This document shows positions 11,220 to 21,200 of a DNA stretch of 64,000 nucleotides, piece after piece. The position numbers and the translations under genes were made by a program. The notes below the pieces were generated by a model that did no database searches, was not told the DNA's origin, and worked only from the letters and a program-made list of their open reading frames with translations. Source of the DNA: Eledone cirrhosa. Taxonomy: Eukaryota. The first letter of the stretch is position 1; the number at the start of each line of letters is the position of its first letter. Location of the stretch: assembly GCA_964016885.1 (NCBI GenBank), contig OZ024741.1, forward strand, positions 273,048,001 through 273,112,000, read 5' to 3'.

Positions 11220-11915
11220 CGCACCAGGAGGGAAGCTAGATTACAAGTATACTTAGCAAGGAGGGAAGCAAAGGATAAAAAAATTCTAGCATGTTTTGCA
11301 AGTGAAGACCAGAAACATTAGGTGTTGAGGATTGTGAAGCAGTGTGTTAGAGAAAATTGTGATGTCATTGGTGAAAAGTGTATCTGTGATGATAAAGGTG
11401 CACTTTCCCTCACAGACACTGAAAAGAAAGCTGCATGGAAGAGCGATTATGAAAGATTACTGAATGAGGTAAACACATGGGAGAATGAAACCCTACCCCA
11501 AGTGGACCCTACAGAGGGCCCAGCCGTACAAGTCGGCAGCAGTGTAGTAAATAAGGCATTTAAAGGTATGAAGACTGGGAAAGCAGCTGATCCATAGGGA
11601 ATAGTTGCTGAGATGCTGAGAGCATCTGGGTTGGTAGGTTACACCTTAACCACACGTCTCATAAATCAAGAAATACTAAATGGTGTCATACGGAATGATT
11701 GGGGCTGCATCACCATTGTCAACTGCTACAAGGGTAAAGGAGATGCAGTAAATAGAGGAAACTATAGAGGCATCAAGTTGATGGACCAGGTCATGAAAAT
11801 AACAGAAAGAGTTATAGCTCAACTGATTAGGAAATGGGTAAATCTAGATGAGATGCAGTTCAGATTTGTACCAGGTAAAAGCACCACTGATGCTCTCTTT
11901 CTGGTGAAACAGCTA
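11220..11915 (+). mobile_element. RTE-clade LINE internal fragment
   Basis: ..AWKSDYERLLNE..MKTGKAADP*GIVAEML..YKGKGDA.NRGNYRGIKLMDQVMK..FVPGKSTTDALFLVKQL; in-frame stops. Confidence 0.9.
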
Positions 11916-12202
11916 CATTCCTTCTTCTCACTCTATCTTTCTGTTTAATCTTTTATTTCTCATCCTATCTTCTGAAGGAGTAGCATCTGAAATATTAAGA
12001 CTCTTTTCCTACTATATCAAGTGTTTTGCTTTATTATTTCTGTTTACTTTTTACACACACGCATCCACACAGATATACTTTACATATATATATATATATA
12101 TGTGTGTATATATATGTATGTATATATACACACACACGCACACATATATGTATATATATACATACAGATATATATATTCATTTTTCCATTACCATTATAA
12201 GG

Positions 12203-12287
12203 GGTCTGACGAGCCGCGGGTTACAGAATCGGGATAGATCGATACAGATCGACTCTTGAGCTGATCAGTGGCGAAACGGACGTCACC
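12203..12287 (+). ncRNA. Type I hammerhead ribozyme motif with extended stem II
   Basis: GGU-CUGACGA-GCCGC..GUGGC-GAAAC-GGAC-GUC-ACC, followed by AATAAA; canonical GUC cleavage site. Confidence 0.78.
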
Positions 12288-12507
12288 AACCAATAAACGT
12301 AATGAAGGAGTAACCATTCGTCCTTGTTATTTTATTTGACTATAATACACTCTGTATAGCTCTACACCTCAACACAGAAGAGAACCTAAACATCGAGTGC
12401 TCACCTGGGTGAACCTACAGTAACTCCAAGTTACACTCCCTGGATATATATATATTATAATGAAATGACAGGAGGCTGGACTTGTGTAAATCCTTGAAAG
12501 GTTTATT

Positions 12508-12565
12508 ATACTATGATCATTTCAATGACCGGGTTCCGTATGAATCCGGTGATATCATCAGGTAT
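12508..12565 (-). ncRNA. Type I hammerhead ribozyme motif (slightly degenerate stem II base)
   Basis: minus strand AUAC-CUGAUGA-UAUC ACCGG..CCGGU CAUU-GAA AUGAUCAU A-GUAU then AAUAAA; palindromic stem III. Confidence 0.65.
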
Positions 12566-12699
12566 TCGAAATATAATAAGTGAATGTAATAGATAAAATC
12601 CATGGGGCTCAAAATCAAAGACCCGAGGCCGACCGCTATCCAGCATCTTCCACCTTTGCCGGTCGCCCTCAAGTGACGTGGCTAAAGCTTACAGTGTGT

Positions 12700-13170
12700 T
12701 ACTACCGGTCAAATAAAGGAAAACAGAAAGGAATAGGAACACAAGTCAACGTTAATATCATGCCACAAGAAAAGAAAGAAAGAAGAGAGAAGAAGGTGGA
12801 AGGAAGAAAAGGAAGAAGAAGAGAAGCCAGGGTTAATGTCAGCTATAAGAAGAAAGACAGAAAGAAAGAGGAGGAAAGGTCGGTATTACAGTCAGGCCAG
12901 GAATGTCGCAAAAAAAAAAAAATTTTATTCTTAGGGACCCGTATCTTAACAACTACTACCGGTCAAATATAGGCAAACAAAAAGGGGAAGGAAGATAAGT
13001 CAGCGTTAATATCATGCCACAAGGAGAAAAGCAGAAAGAAGGGAGAAGAGAAGGAAGAAAAGGAAGAAAAAGAAAAGTCTGGGTTGATGGCTACAAGAAG
13101 AAAGATAGAAAGAAAGAGGAAGAAAAGTCGATATTAATGTCAGACTACAGTCAGGCCAGGAATGGCGCTA
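12700..13170. repeat. ~250-bp purine-rich direct duplication (2 copies)
   Basis: actaccggtcaaata..gttaatatcatgccacaa..cagtcaggccaggaatg at ~12701 and ~12955. Confidence 0.8.
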
Positions 13171-13465
13171 TCCAGTGGTGAACCTCAAACCTGAAGAAAT
13201 AAATATATATATATATATATATATATAACAATATATAGAGAAGATAACATAAGAGGGTATGTTTTCAATTATGTGGGGTAGAGAACCACCCGAGTGAAAA
13301 GCATAAAGTCTACGAAAGGAGTGGAAAATACATATTAATTAAAAAAGTAAATCAAAATGTACAGAGCAACCTTTATAACTATAAAACACCTGGACAAACT
13401 CTAAAGAGAGAATGTTTCGCCATAAAAAGTGTTGATACCATAACTCTCAGGGCTTCTCAACGTGT

Positions 13466-14167
13466 ATGAGGTAAAGCCTTTACCACGAAAATAATAGTAT
13501 ATATAGAGTAATGTAAATGCTGTGAGATAATTATGTGAGGTAAAGCCTTTACCACGAAAATACAATAGTATATATAGAGTAATGTAAATGCTATGTGAGA
13601 TAATTATGTGAGGTAAAGCCTTTACCACGAAAATACAATAGTATATATAGAGTAATGTAAATGCTGTGAGATAATTATGTGAGGTAAAGCCTTTACCACG
13701 AAAATACAATAGTATATATAGAGTAATGTAAATGCTATGTGAGATAATTATGTGACGTAAAGCCTTTACCACGAAAATACAATAGTATATATAGAGTAAT
13801 GTAAATGCTGTGAGATAATTATGTGAGGTAAAGCCTTTACCACGAAAATACAATAGTATATATAGAGTAATGTAAATGCTATGTGAGATAATTATGTGAG
13901 GTAAAGCCTTTACCATGACAATATAATAGTATATATAGAGTAATGTAAATGTTATGCGAGATATGTGAGATAAAGCCTTTACCATGACAATATAATATTA
14001 TATATAAAATAATGTAAATGCAATGAAATATGTGAGATAAAGCCTTTACAATGAAAATACAATAGTATATAGAAAGTAATGTAAATGGTATGTGAGATAA
14101 TTATGTGAGATAAAGCCTTTACTATGACAATATAATAGTATGTATAATGTAATTGCTAAAGGGTTAA
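13466..14167. repeat. 71/73-bp minisatellite (~9-10 units) ending in a MITE terminus
   Basis: gtgaggtaaagcctttaccacgaaaatacaatagtatatatagagtaatgtaaatgc(ta)tgtgagataattat; unit starts 13535, 13608, 13679, 13752, 13823, 13896; ends TAAAGGG-TTAA. Confidence 0.9.
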
Positions 14168-14201
14168 AGGTTTTTTTTCTTTTTTTTTTTTTTTTCTAAA
14201 G

Positions 14202-14335
14202 CTACGTATCTATGGGGATTTCTTCACACTGACCAGCACCATCCAGAAATATCTGGCTGCAAGCTGTCCAAGGGATCTGTTTTGTATGATTCTGGACAGA
14301 CTTGAGAAAGACTTCACTGATGAAACTGGAGACAC
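14202..14335 (+). CDS. Exon D of the NACHT gene
   Basis: poly-T tract + ctaaAG / GTGAGT; LRIYGDFFTLTSTIQKYLAASCPRDLFCMILDRLEKDFTDETGD(T); phase 0 to 2. Confidence 0.9.
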
Positions 14336-14382
14336 GTGAGTAATGTTTAGTGTAAATGGCAGTGGATTCCCTCAGTCTGGTG

Positions 14383-14897
14383 AGGGTGGTGGTGGTGGTG
14401 GGGGATGGTGGGAGTGGTGGTGGGCATGGTAGTGGTGGTGGTGGTGGGGATGATGGTAGTGGTGGTGGCGATGGTGGTGGTGGTGGCGGCAGTGGTGGCG
14501 GCAGTGGTGGTGGCAATGGTGGTGGTGGAGATAGTGGTGATGGTAGTGGTGGCAATGGGGAGGTGGTGGTGGGGGTAGTTGAGGTGGTGGATGTGGTATT
14601 GGTGATGGTGGTGAGAGTGGTGGTGATGAAAGTGGTTGTGGTGGTTGTGGTAGTGGCGGTGGTGGTGGTAGGGATGGTGGTGGAGTTCGGAGTGGGGGTG
14701 ATTGTGGTGGTGATGGTAAGGGTGATAGCGGTTGCCTTGATGGGGGTGGGGGTAGTAGTGGTTGTGGATGTGGTGATGGTGACGGTGGTGGTGGTAGTCT
14801 TGATGGTTGTGGTGGTAAGGATGTTGGTGGTTAGGATGGTGATGGTGGGGATGATAGTGTTGGTAGTCGTGGTTGTGATGATTGTGGTGATGGTGAC
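14383..14897. repeat. Degenerate (GGT)n microsatellite filling intron D-E
   Basis: direct reading. Confidence 0.95.
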
Positions 14898-14933
14898 TAC
14901 TTCGCGTTTGTAATCATTGCTTTTACGTTTCAG

Positions 14934-15018
14934 GTGTAACATTGTAAGGGAGACAACTTCTGCCATTTGGTGTGCCAGGAAAGGAATGACAGAAGACGAA
15001 CTCAGAAAACTTGTAAAT
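14934..15018 (+). CDS. Exon E of the NACHT gene
   Basis: ttttacgtttcAG / GTTAGT (alternative in-frame GTAAAT at 15013); CNIVRETTSAIWCARKGMTEDELRKLVN, fits the ..SR.GL.E.EL winged-helix motif; phase 2 to 0. Confidence 0.88.
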
Positions 15019-15142
15019 GTTAGTATTGCTGTTGTTGTTGTTATTGTTATGGTTGTTATTTAGCGCTAGGCCAACCATGACCAACCAGAGATATCTATGA
15101 TCAAAAGACGCCCGTCCGTGACCATCTCATCTTTTTTATCCA

Positions 15143-15525
15143 GGCACATGGCTTAGTGGTTAGAGCATTGGCCTTGCAATCGAAAGTTTGTGAGTTCAAT
15201 TCTCAGACCGGGTGATGTGTTGTTTCCTTGAGCAAGACACTTTATTTCACATTGCTCCAGTTTACTCAGCTGTAGAAATGAGATGATAGGACTGGGGTCC
15301 CTATCATTCCACTGCAAAGTGGTCGTGGAGGTGCCACGGCAAAAAAGCACCCAGCCCACACTGTAAAGTGGACGTGGAGGCGCCACGGAAAAAAAGCACC
15401 CAGCACTCACTGTAAATGAGGTTGGTGTTAGGAAGGGCATCCAGCTGTAGAAATCAAGCCAGAATCAGTTCCCGTCCCACCCTTGCAAGCAGGGAAAAGT
15501 GGACGTAAAATGTTGATGATGATGA
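15143..15525 (+). mobile_element. tRNA-derived SINE family B with RTE-derived 3' tail
   Basis: A-box tggcttagtggttagagc, B-box gagttcaattc, central tccttgagcaagacactt; 3' 41 nt match the RTE tail at 7202-7242 (2 mismatches). Confidence 0.8.
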
Positions 15526-15617
15526 CAGTGTATCTAAGAATGTATTATACAATGATTCCTAACCTTTTGTGCACCAGGCCCCATCTCACCAATTGTTATG
15601 GTATATAACCCCACAAG

Positions 15618-15765
15618 AAGGTGTTGAATTGGTTGAGTCATTAGAACGCTGATAGAATGCTTGGTGGTATTCTTTTTGGCTGTCTGTGTTCTGAGTTCAA
15701 ATACCACCAAGGTCAACTTTGCTTTTCATTCTTTCAAGGTCAATAATAAAATCACTAATGCAGTA
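15618..15765 (+). mobile_element. Degenerate SINE family A-related copy
   Basis: gttctgagttcaaataccaccaaggtcaactttgcttttcattcttt. Confidence 0.6.
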
Positions 15766-16298
15766 GTGGGGGTGGGGGTCGAGTCTTCCTCTATACCTAT
15801 TTCTCACTTCACATATCTCACTCTCTACCCTTCTATAAAAGAAATTGGCTGTATTCAGACCTTGGTAGGGGTTAGGGTTAGTAAACCCCAACTTTAGTAT
15901 ACCCAAGATACATCATGTCTCATATGGTGTTCCTAAGACTCCACCAGGAGTTATGGCCCTAATTATACACCACAGAACAACAGTGGTTTAAAATTTGAAG
16001 CCATGACATTGCTTCCCAAATATTTTGTTACCAATGACCCCTTCTATTTAAATCTTAATATTAACAAACCCCATGAAACCACAGAAGCAAGAACATTCCG
16101 GAAGATTATGACTGCATTAAAGTAAAAACTTCAATCACATTAAAATTGAAGTTTTTACTTTAATGCTATAAATTTTCACAATGTAAAGAATTAGAATTAA
16201 CAAAGTTCATGAAACTGCAGTAGTAAGAACCTTCTGGAAGATTATGACTGAATCACATTAAAATTGAAGGTTTGACTTTCTTTTACTTTAATACTGAA

Positions 16299-16592
16299 AG
16301 CGTATGGCTTAGTGGTTAGAGCGCTGGGCTTGCAATCATCAGGTTGTGAGTTTGATTCTCAGCCCGGGTGATGCATTGTGTCCTTGAGCAAAACACTTTA
16401 TTTTCACATTGCTCCAGTTTACTCAGCTGTATAAATGAATTGCGATATCACTGGTGCCAAGCTGTATCGGCCATAGCCTTTCTCTTGGCAACATCAATGG
16501 TGTGGAGAGGGGAGACCGGTATGCATGGGCAACTGCTGGTCTTCCACAAACAACCTTGCTTGGACTTGTGCCTCAGAGGAGAACTTTCTAGG
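16299..16592 (+). mobile_element. SINE family B head with a different 3' body
   Basis: first ~140 nt match 15143-15280. Confidence 0.75.
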
Positions 16593-16795
16593 TGAAGGGG
16601 GTCTTTTTCTTTAGGACTGTAAATTTTCACCAAGATCTGTCCACTAGTAAAGATACTATAAACATTTGAATTAACAAACCATATGAAACCTCAAATGAAT
16701 TCTTGAAAATAATAAAATAGTATTGTGTCTGTGTCACATTAAAATTGAAATTTTTACTACATAATGATCTGTCTACTAGTAAAGATACTATAAAC

Positions 16796-17114
16796 CAGGA
16801 GTCCCCAACCTTTTGGGTCCGCAGGTCGGATAGCCATGCAGCAGTGGTTCCGCGGGCCGGATGCGCAATTAATACTACTTATATACAAATAAGTAATCAT
16901 TTATTCATCCCCCATGTTAAACAAAATTTAATATTGATACTTAGAACTGTCCCAAGCAGAAAAATACATTTAAACATTGTTTTATTTGGCAATATCGATA
17001 GACTGGGTTCAAATTTATTGCAAACTGTACCCTTTTTAGAACCCCCGCGGGCAGGATAAAGGCCTTCGTGGGTCAGATTGAAACCCTTCGCGGGCCGGGG
17101 GCTGGGGACCCCTG
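16796..17114. mobile_element. hAT-type MITE
   Basis: TIRs CAGGAGTCCCCAACC / GGCTGGGGACCCCTG; 8-bp TSD CTATAAAC / CTGTAAAC. Confidence 0.85.
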
Positions 17115-17168
17115 CTGTAAACATTAGAATTAACAAACATGTTTTTTTTTTTATTCATTCATTCACAG

Positions 17169-17366
17169 ATTCCCAGTGCTAAATGGTCTCCGTACTATTT
17201 GTCTCTTGCGGACAGTTTGGTTAACAGAAATGGTATTTATAACTTCTTCCATGACTATCTTAGACAAGCTGTTGAGTTCCGATACCTTCCCACCATAAAT
17301 GACAAGAAAATCTACTCCAAAAGATTGGCTCATTTCTTTTCTTCTCAACCAATGAGCAATCGTGTA
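17169..17366 (+). CDS. Exon F of the NACHT gene
   Basis: attcacAG / GTAAGT; IPSAKWSPYYLSLADSLVNRNGIYNFFHDYLRQAVEFRYLPTINDKKIYSKRLAHFFSSQPMSNRV; FFH..LRQAV..RYL is typical of this STAND family; 198 nt, phase 0-0. Confidence 0.92.
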
Positions 17367-17379
17367 GTAAGTGGCATTA

Positions 17380-17610
17380 TTTCTTGTTGCTGTTGTTGTT
17401 GTTGCTGTAGTTGTTATTGCTGTTGTTGTTGCTGTGGTCATTATTGCTGTTGTTGTCTTTGTTGTTGTTGCGGTTGTTGTTGTTATTGTTGCTACTGTCA
17501 TTATTGTTTTTGTTGTTGTTGCTGTTGCTGCTGTTGTTGTTGTTGTTGTTGCTGCTGTTGTTCTTGCTGCTGCTGTTGCTGCAGTTGTTGTTATCATTGT
17601 TGTCATTGCT
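17380..17610. repeat. (TTG/CTG)n microsatellite
   Basis: direct reading. Confidence 0.95.
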
Positions 17611-17704
17611 CACTCTCTCAAACACACACCCTCTCTCTTACACACACACACACACACTCTCTCACATATACTGTCTATTTCCTGAACCCCAAAACATCAT
17701 CTCA

Positions 17705-18085
17705 GACACCACCACCACCACTGGCCCCCACCAACATTACCATCATTACCACCATCAACTCTACCACCACTATTATCACCACCACCACCACTACCACCAC
17801 CACCACCACTATTACCACCACTACCACCACCACCACCACCATCACCACCAACATTGCCACCACCATCACTATTACCACCACCACCACTACCACCACCACC
17901 ACTATTATCACCACCACCACTATTACCACCACTACCATCACCACCACCACTATTACCACCACTACCACCACCACCACTACCACTATTACCACCACTACCA
18001 CCATCACCACCACCACCATCACCACCACCATTACCACAACCACCAACACCACCATCAACAACAACATTACTATCCCCACCACCAA
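17705..18085. repeat. (ACC/ACT/ATT)n microsatellite
   Basis: direct reading. Confidence 0.95.
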
Positions 18086-18157
18086 CCAAACCTTATCCCC
18101 TATCCTCTCCCTAATTCTATCTATATATTCTTCTCCTCCCGCTCCTCTTTCTAACAG

Positions 18158-18295
18158 GCTGAAGAGTTACCGTTCCTGTTATATGAAGCAGGAGAAATGG
18201 AGAAACTGAAAGAAACCTTGTCAGATCTGAAACTATTCCAACAGTTGGTGACCACAGAACATGGAAAATATGATTTGATCCGTTTTTGGAGACTG
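18158..18295 (+). CDS. Exon G of the NACHT gene (last exon visible)
   Basis: pyrimidine tract + ctaacAG / GTTAGT; AEELPFLLYEAGEMEKLKETLSDLKLFQQLVTTEHGKYDLIRFWRL (EELP..L, L..YW motifs); no stop, gene continues past the window. Confidence 0.9.
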
Positions 18296-21200
18296 GTTAG
18301 TTGTGTCCTTACTATATATCTCTCTCTCTCTCCCATTGTAACTACAACAAGAACAACAGCAGTTACTGTACTGATGTCTACCAGATCATAGTTGCAGGTC
18401 TGTCTGTCTGTCTGTCTGTCGTTCCCTCTCTCTCTTCTGTTGTAACTACAACAACAACAACAGCCACTGTACAGATGCCTACCAGACCAGAGTGACAGGT
18501 TGTATCTGTCTCTCTCTCTCTCTTCTGTTGTAACTACAACAACAACAACAACATCCACTGTACAGATGCCTACCAGACTAGAGTGACAGGTTTGTATCTG
18601 TCTCTCTCTCTCTCTTCTGTTGTAACTACAACTACAACAGCCACTGTACAGATGCCTACCAGACTAGAGTGACAGGTCTGTATCTGTCTCTCTCTCTCTT
18701 TTGTTGTAACTACAACTACAACAACAACAGCCACTGTACAGATGCCTACCAGACTAGGGGTGACAGGTCTGTATCTGTCTCTCTCTCTCTCTTCTGTTGT
18801 AACTACAACTACAACAGCCACTGTACAGATGCCTACCAGACTAGGGGTGACAGGTCTGTATCTGTCACTCTCTCTCTTCTGTTGTAACTACAACTACAGC
18901 AACAACAGCCACTGTACAGATGCCAACCAGACTAGAGTGACAGGTCTGTATCTGTCTCTCTCTCTCGTCTGTTGTAACTACAACAACAACAGCCACTGTA
19001 CAGATAACTACCAGACTAGAGTGACAGGTCTGTATCTGTCTCTCTCTCTCTTCTGTTGTAACTACAACTACAACTACAACAACAACAGCCACTGTACAGA
19101 TGTCTACCAGACTAGAGTGAGAGGTCTGTATCTGTCTCTCTCTTCTGTTGTAACTACAACAACAACAACAACAGCCACTGTACAGATGCCTACCAGACTA
19201 GAGTGACAGGTCTGTATCTGTCTCTCTCTCTCTTCTGTTGTAACTACAACTACAACAACATCCACTGTACAGATGCCTACCAGACGAGAGTGACAGGTCT
19301 GTATCTGTCTCTCTCTCTCTCTCTTCTGTTGTAACTACAACAACAACAACAACAGCCACTGTACAGATGTCTACCAGACGAGAGTGACAGGTCTGTATCT
19401 GTCTCTCTCTCTCTCTTCTGTTGTAACTACAACAACAACAACAACAGCCACTGTACATATGTCTACCAGACTAGAGTGACAGGTTTGTATCTGTCTCTCT
19501 CTCTCTCTTCTGTTGTAACTACAACTACAACAACAACAACAACAGCCACTGTACAGATGCCTACCAGACCAGAGTGACAGGTTGTATCTGTCTCTCTCTC
19601 TCTCTTCTGTTGTAACTACAACTACAACAACAACAGCCACTGTACAGATGCCTACCAGACTAGGGGTGACAGGTCTGTATCTGTCTCTCTCTCTCTTCTG
19701 TTGTAACTACAACTACAACAACAACAGCCACTGTACAGATAACTACCAGACTAGAGTGACAGGTCTGTATCTGTCACTCTCTCTCTTCTGTTGTAACTAC
19801 AACTACAGCAACAACAGCCACTGTACAGATGCCAACCAGACTAGAGTGACAGGTCTGTATCTGTCTCTCTCTCTCGTCTGTTGTAACTACAACAACAACA
19901 GCCACTGTACAGATGTCTACCAGACTAGAGTGACAGGTCTGTATCTGTCTCTCTCTTCTGTTGTAACTACAACTACAACAACAGCCACTGTACAGATGCC
20001 TACCAGACCAGAGTGACAGGTCTGTATCTGTCTCTCTCTCTCTCTCTTCTGTTGTAACTACAACTACAACAACAACAGCCACTGTACAGATGCCTACCAG
20101 ACGAGAGTGACAGGACTGTATCTGTCTCTCTCTCTCTCTTCTGTTGTAACTACAACTACAACAACAACAGCCACTGTACAGATGCCTACCAGACTAGAGT
20201 GAGAGGTCTGTATCTGTCTCTCTCTTCTGTTGTAACTACAACAACAACAACAACAGCCACTGTACAGATGCCTACCAGACTAGAGTGACAGGTCTGTATC
20301 TGTCTCTCTCTTCTGTTGTAACTACAACTACAACAACATCCACTGTACAGATGCCTACCAGACGAGAGTGACAGGTCTGTATCTGTCTCTCTCTCTCTCT
20401 CTTCTGTTGTAACTACAACAACAACAACAACAGCCACTGTACAGATGTCTACCAGACGAGAGTGACAGGTCTGTATCTGTCTCTCTCTCTCTTCTGTTGT
20501 AACTACAACAACAACAACAACAGCCACTGTACATATGTCTACCAGACTAGAGAGACAGGTTTGTATCTGTCTCTCTCTCTCTTCTGTTGTAACTACAACT
20601 ACAACTACAACAACAACAGCCACTGTACAGATGCCTACCAGACCAGAGTGACAGGTTGTATCTGTCTCTCTCTCTCTCTTCTGTTGTAACTACAACTACA
20701 ACAACAACAGCCACCGTACAGATGCCTACCAGACTAGAGTGACAGGTCTGTATCTGTCTCTCTCTCTCTCTTCTGTTGTAACTACAACTACAACAACAAC
20801 ATTCACTGTACAGATGCCTACCAGACGAGAGTGACAGGTCTGTATCTGTCTCTCTCTCTCTTCTGTTGTAACTACAACTACAACAACAACAGCCACTGTA
20901 CAGATGCCTACCAGACTAGAGTGACAAGTCTGTATCTGTCTCTCTCTCTCTTCTGTTGTAACTACAACTACAACAACAACAGCCACTGTACAGATGCCTA
21001 CCAGACTAGAGTGACAGGTCTGTATCTGTCTCTCTCTCTTCTGTTGTAACTACAACAACAACAACAACAGCCACTGTACAGATGCCTACCAGACTAGAGT
21101 GACAGGTCTGTATCTGTCTCTCTCTCTTCTGTTGTAACTACAACAACAACAACAACAGCCACTGTACAGATGCCTACCAGACTAGAGTGACAGGTCTGTA

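Noticed and set aside
13408-13465. Sixth hammerhead on minus strand (UUGAGAA-GCC..GGC-GAAAC)
   Set aside because: Core deviates from CUGANGA and no stem I is evident; at most a decayed relic
15143-15215. tRNA genes (also 16299-16370 and 294-385)
   Set aside because: A/B boxes are present but run into repeated SINE bodies; no clean cloverleaf
17367-18209. Cys-rich/Thr-rich extension of the 356-aa ORF as a metallothionein- or mucin-like protein
   Set aside because: Read-through of exon F past a GTAAGT donor into microsatellites
18430-18620. Hammerhead in the satellite unit (as in newt or schistosome satellites)
   Set aside because: No CUGANGA or GAAA core on either strand of the consensus
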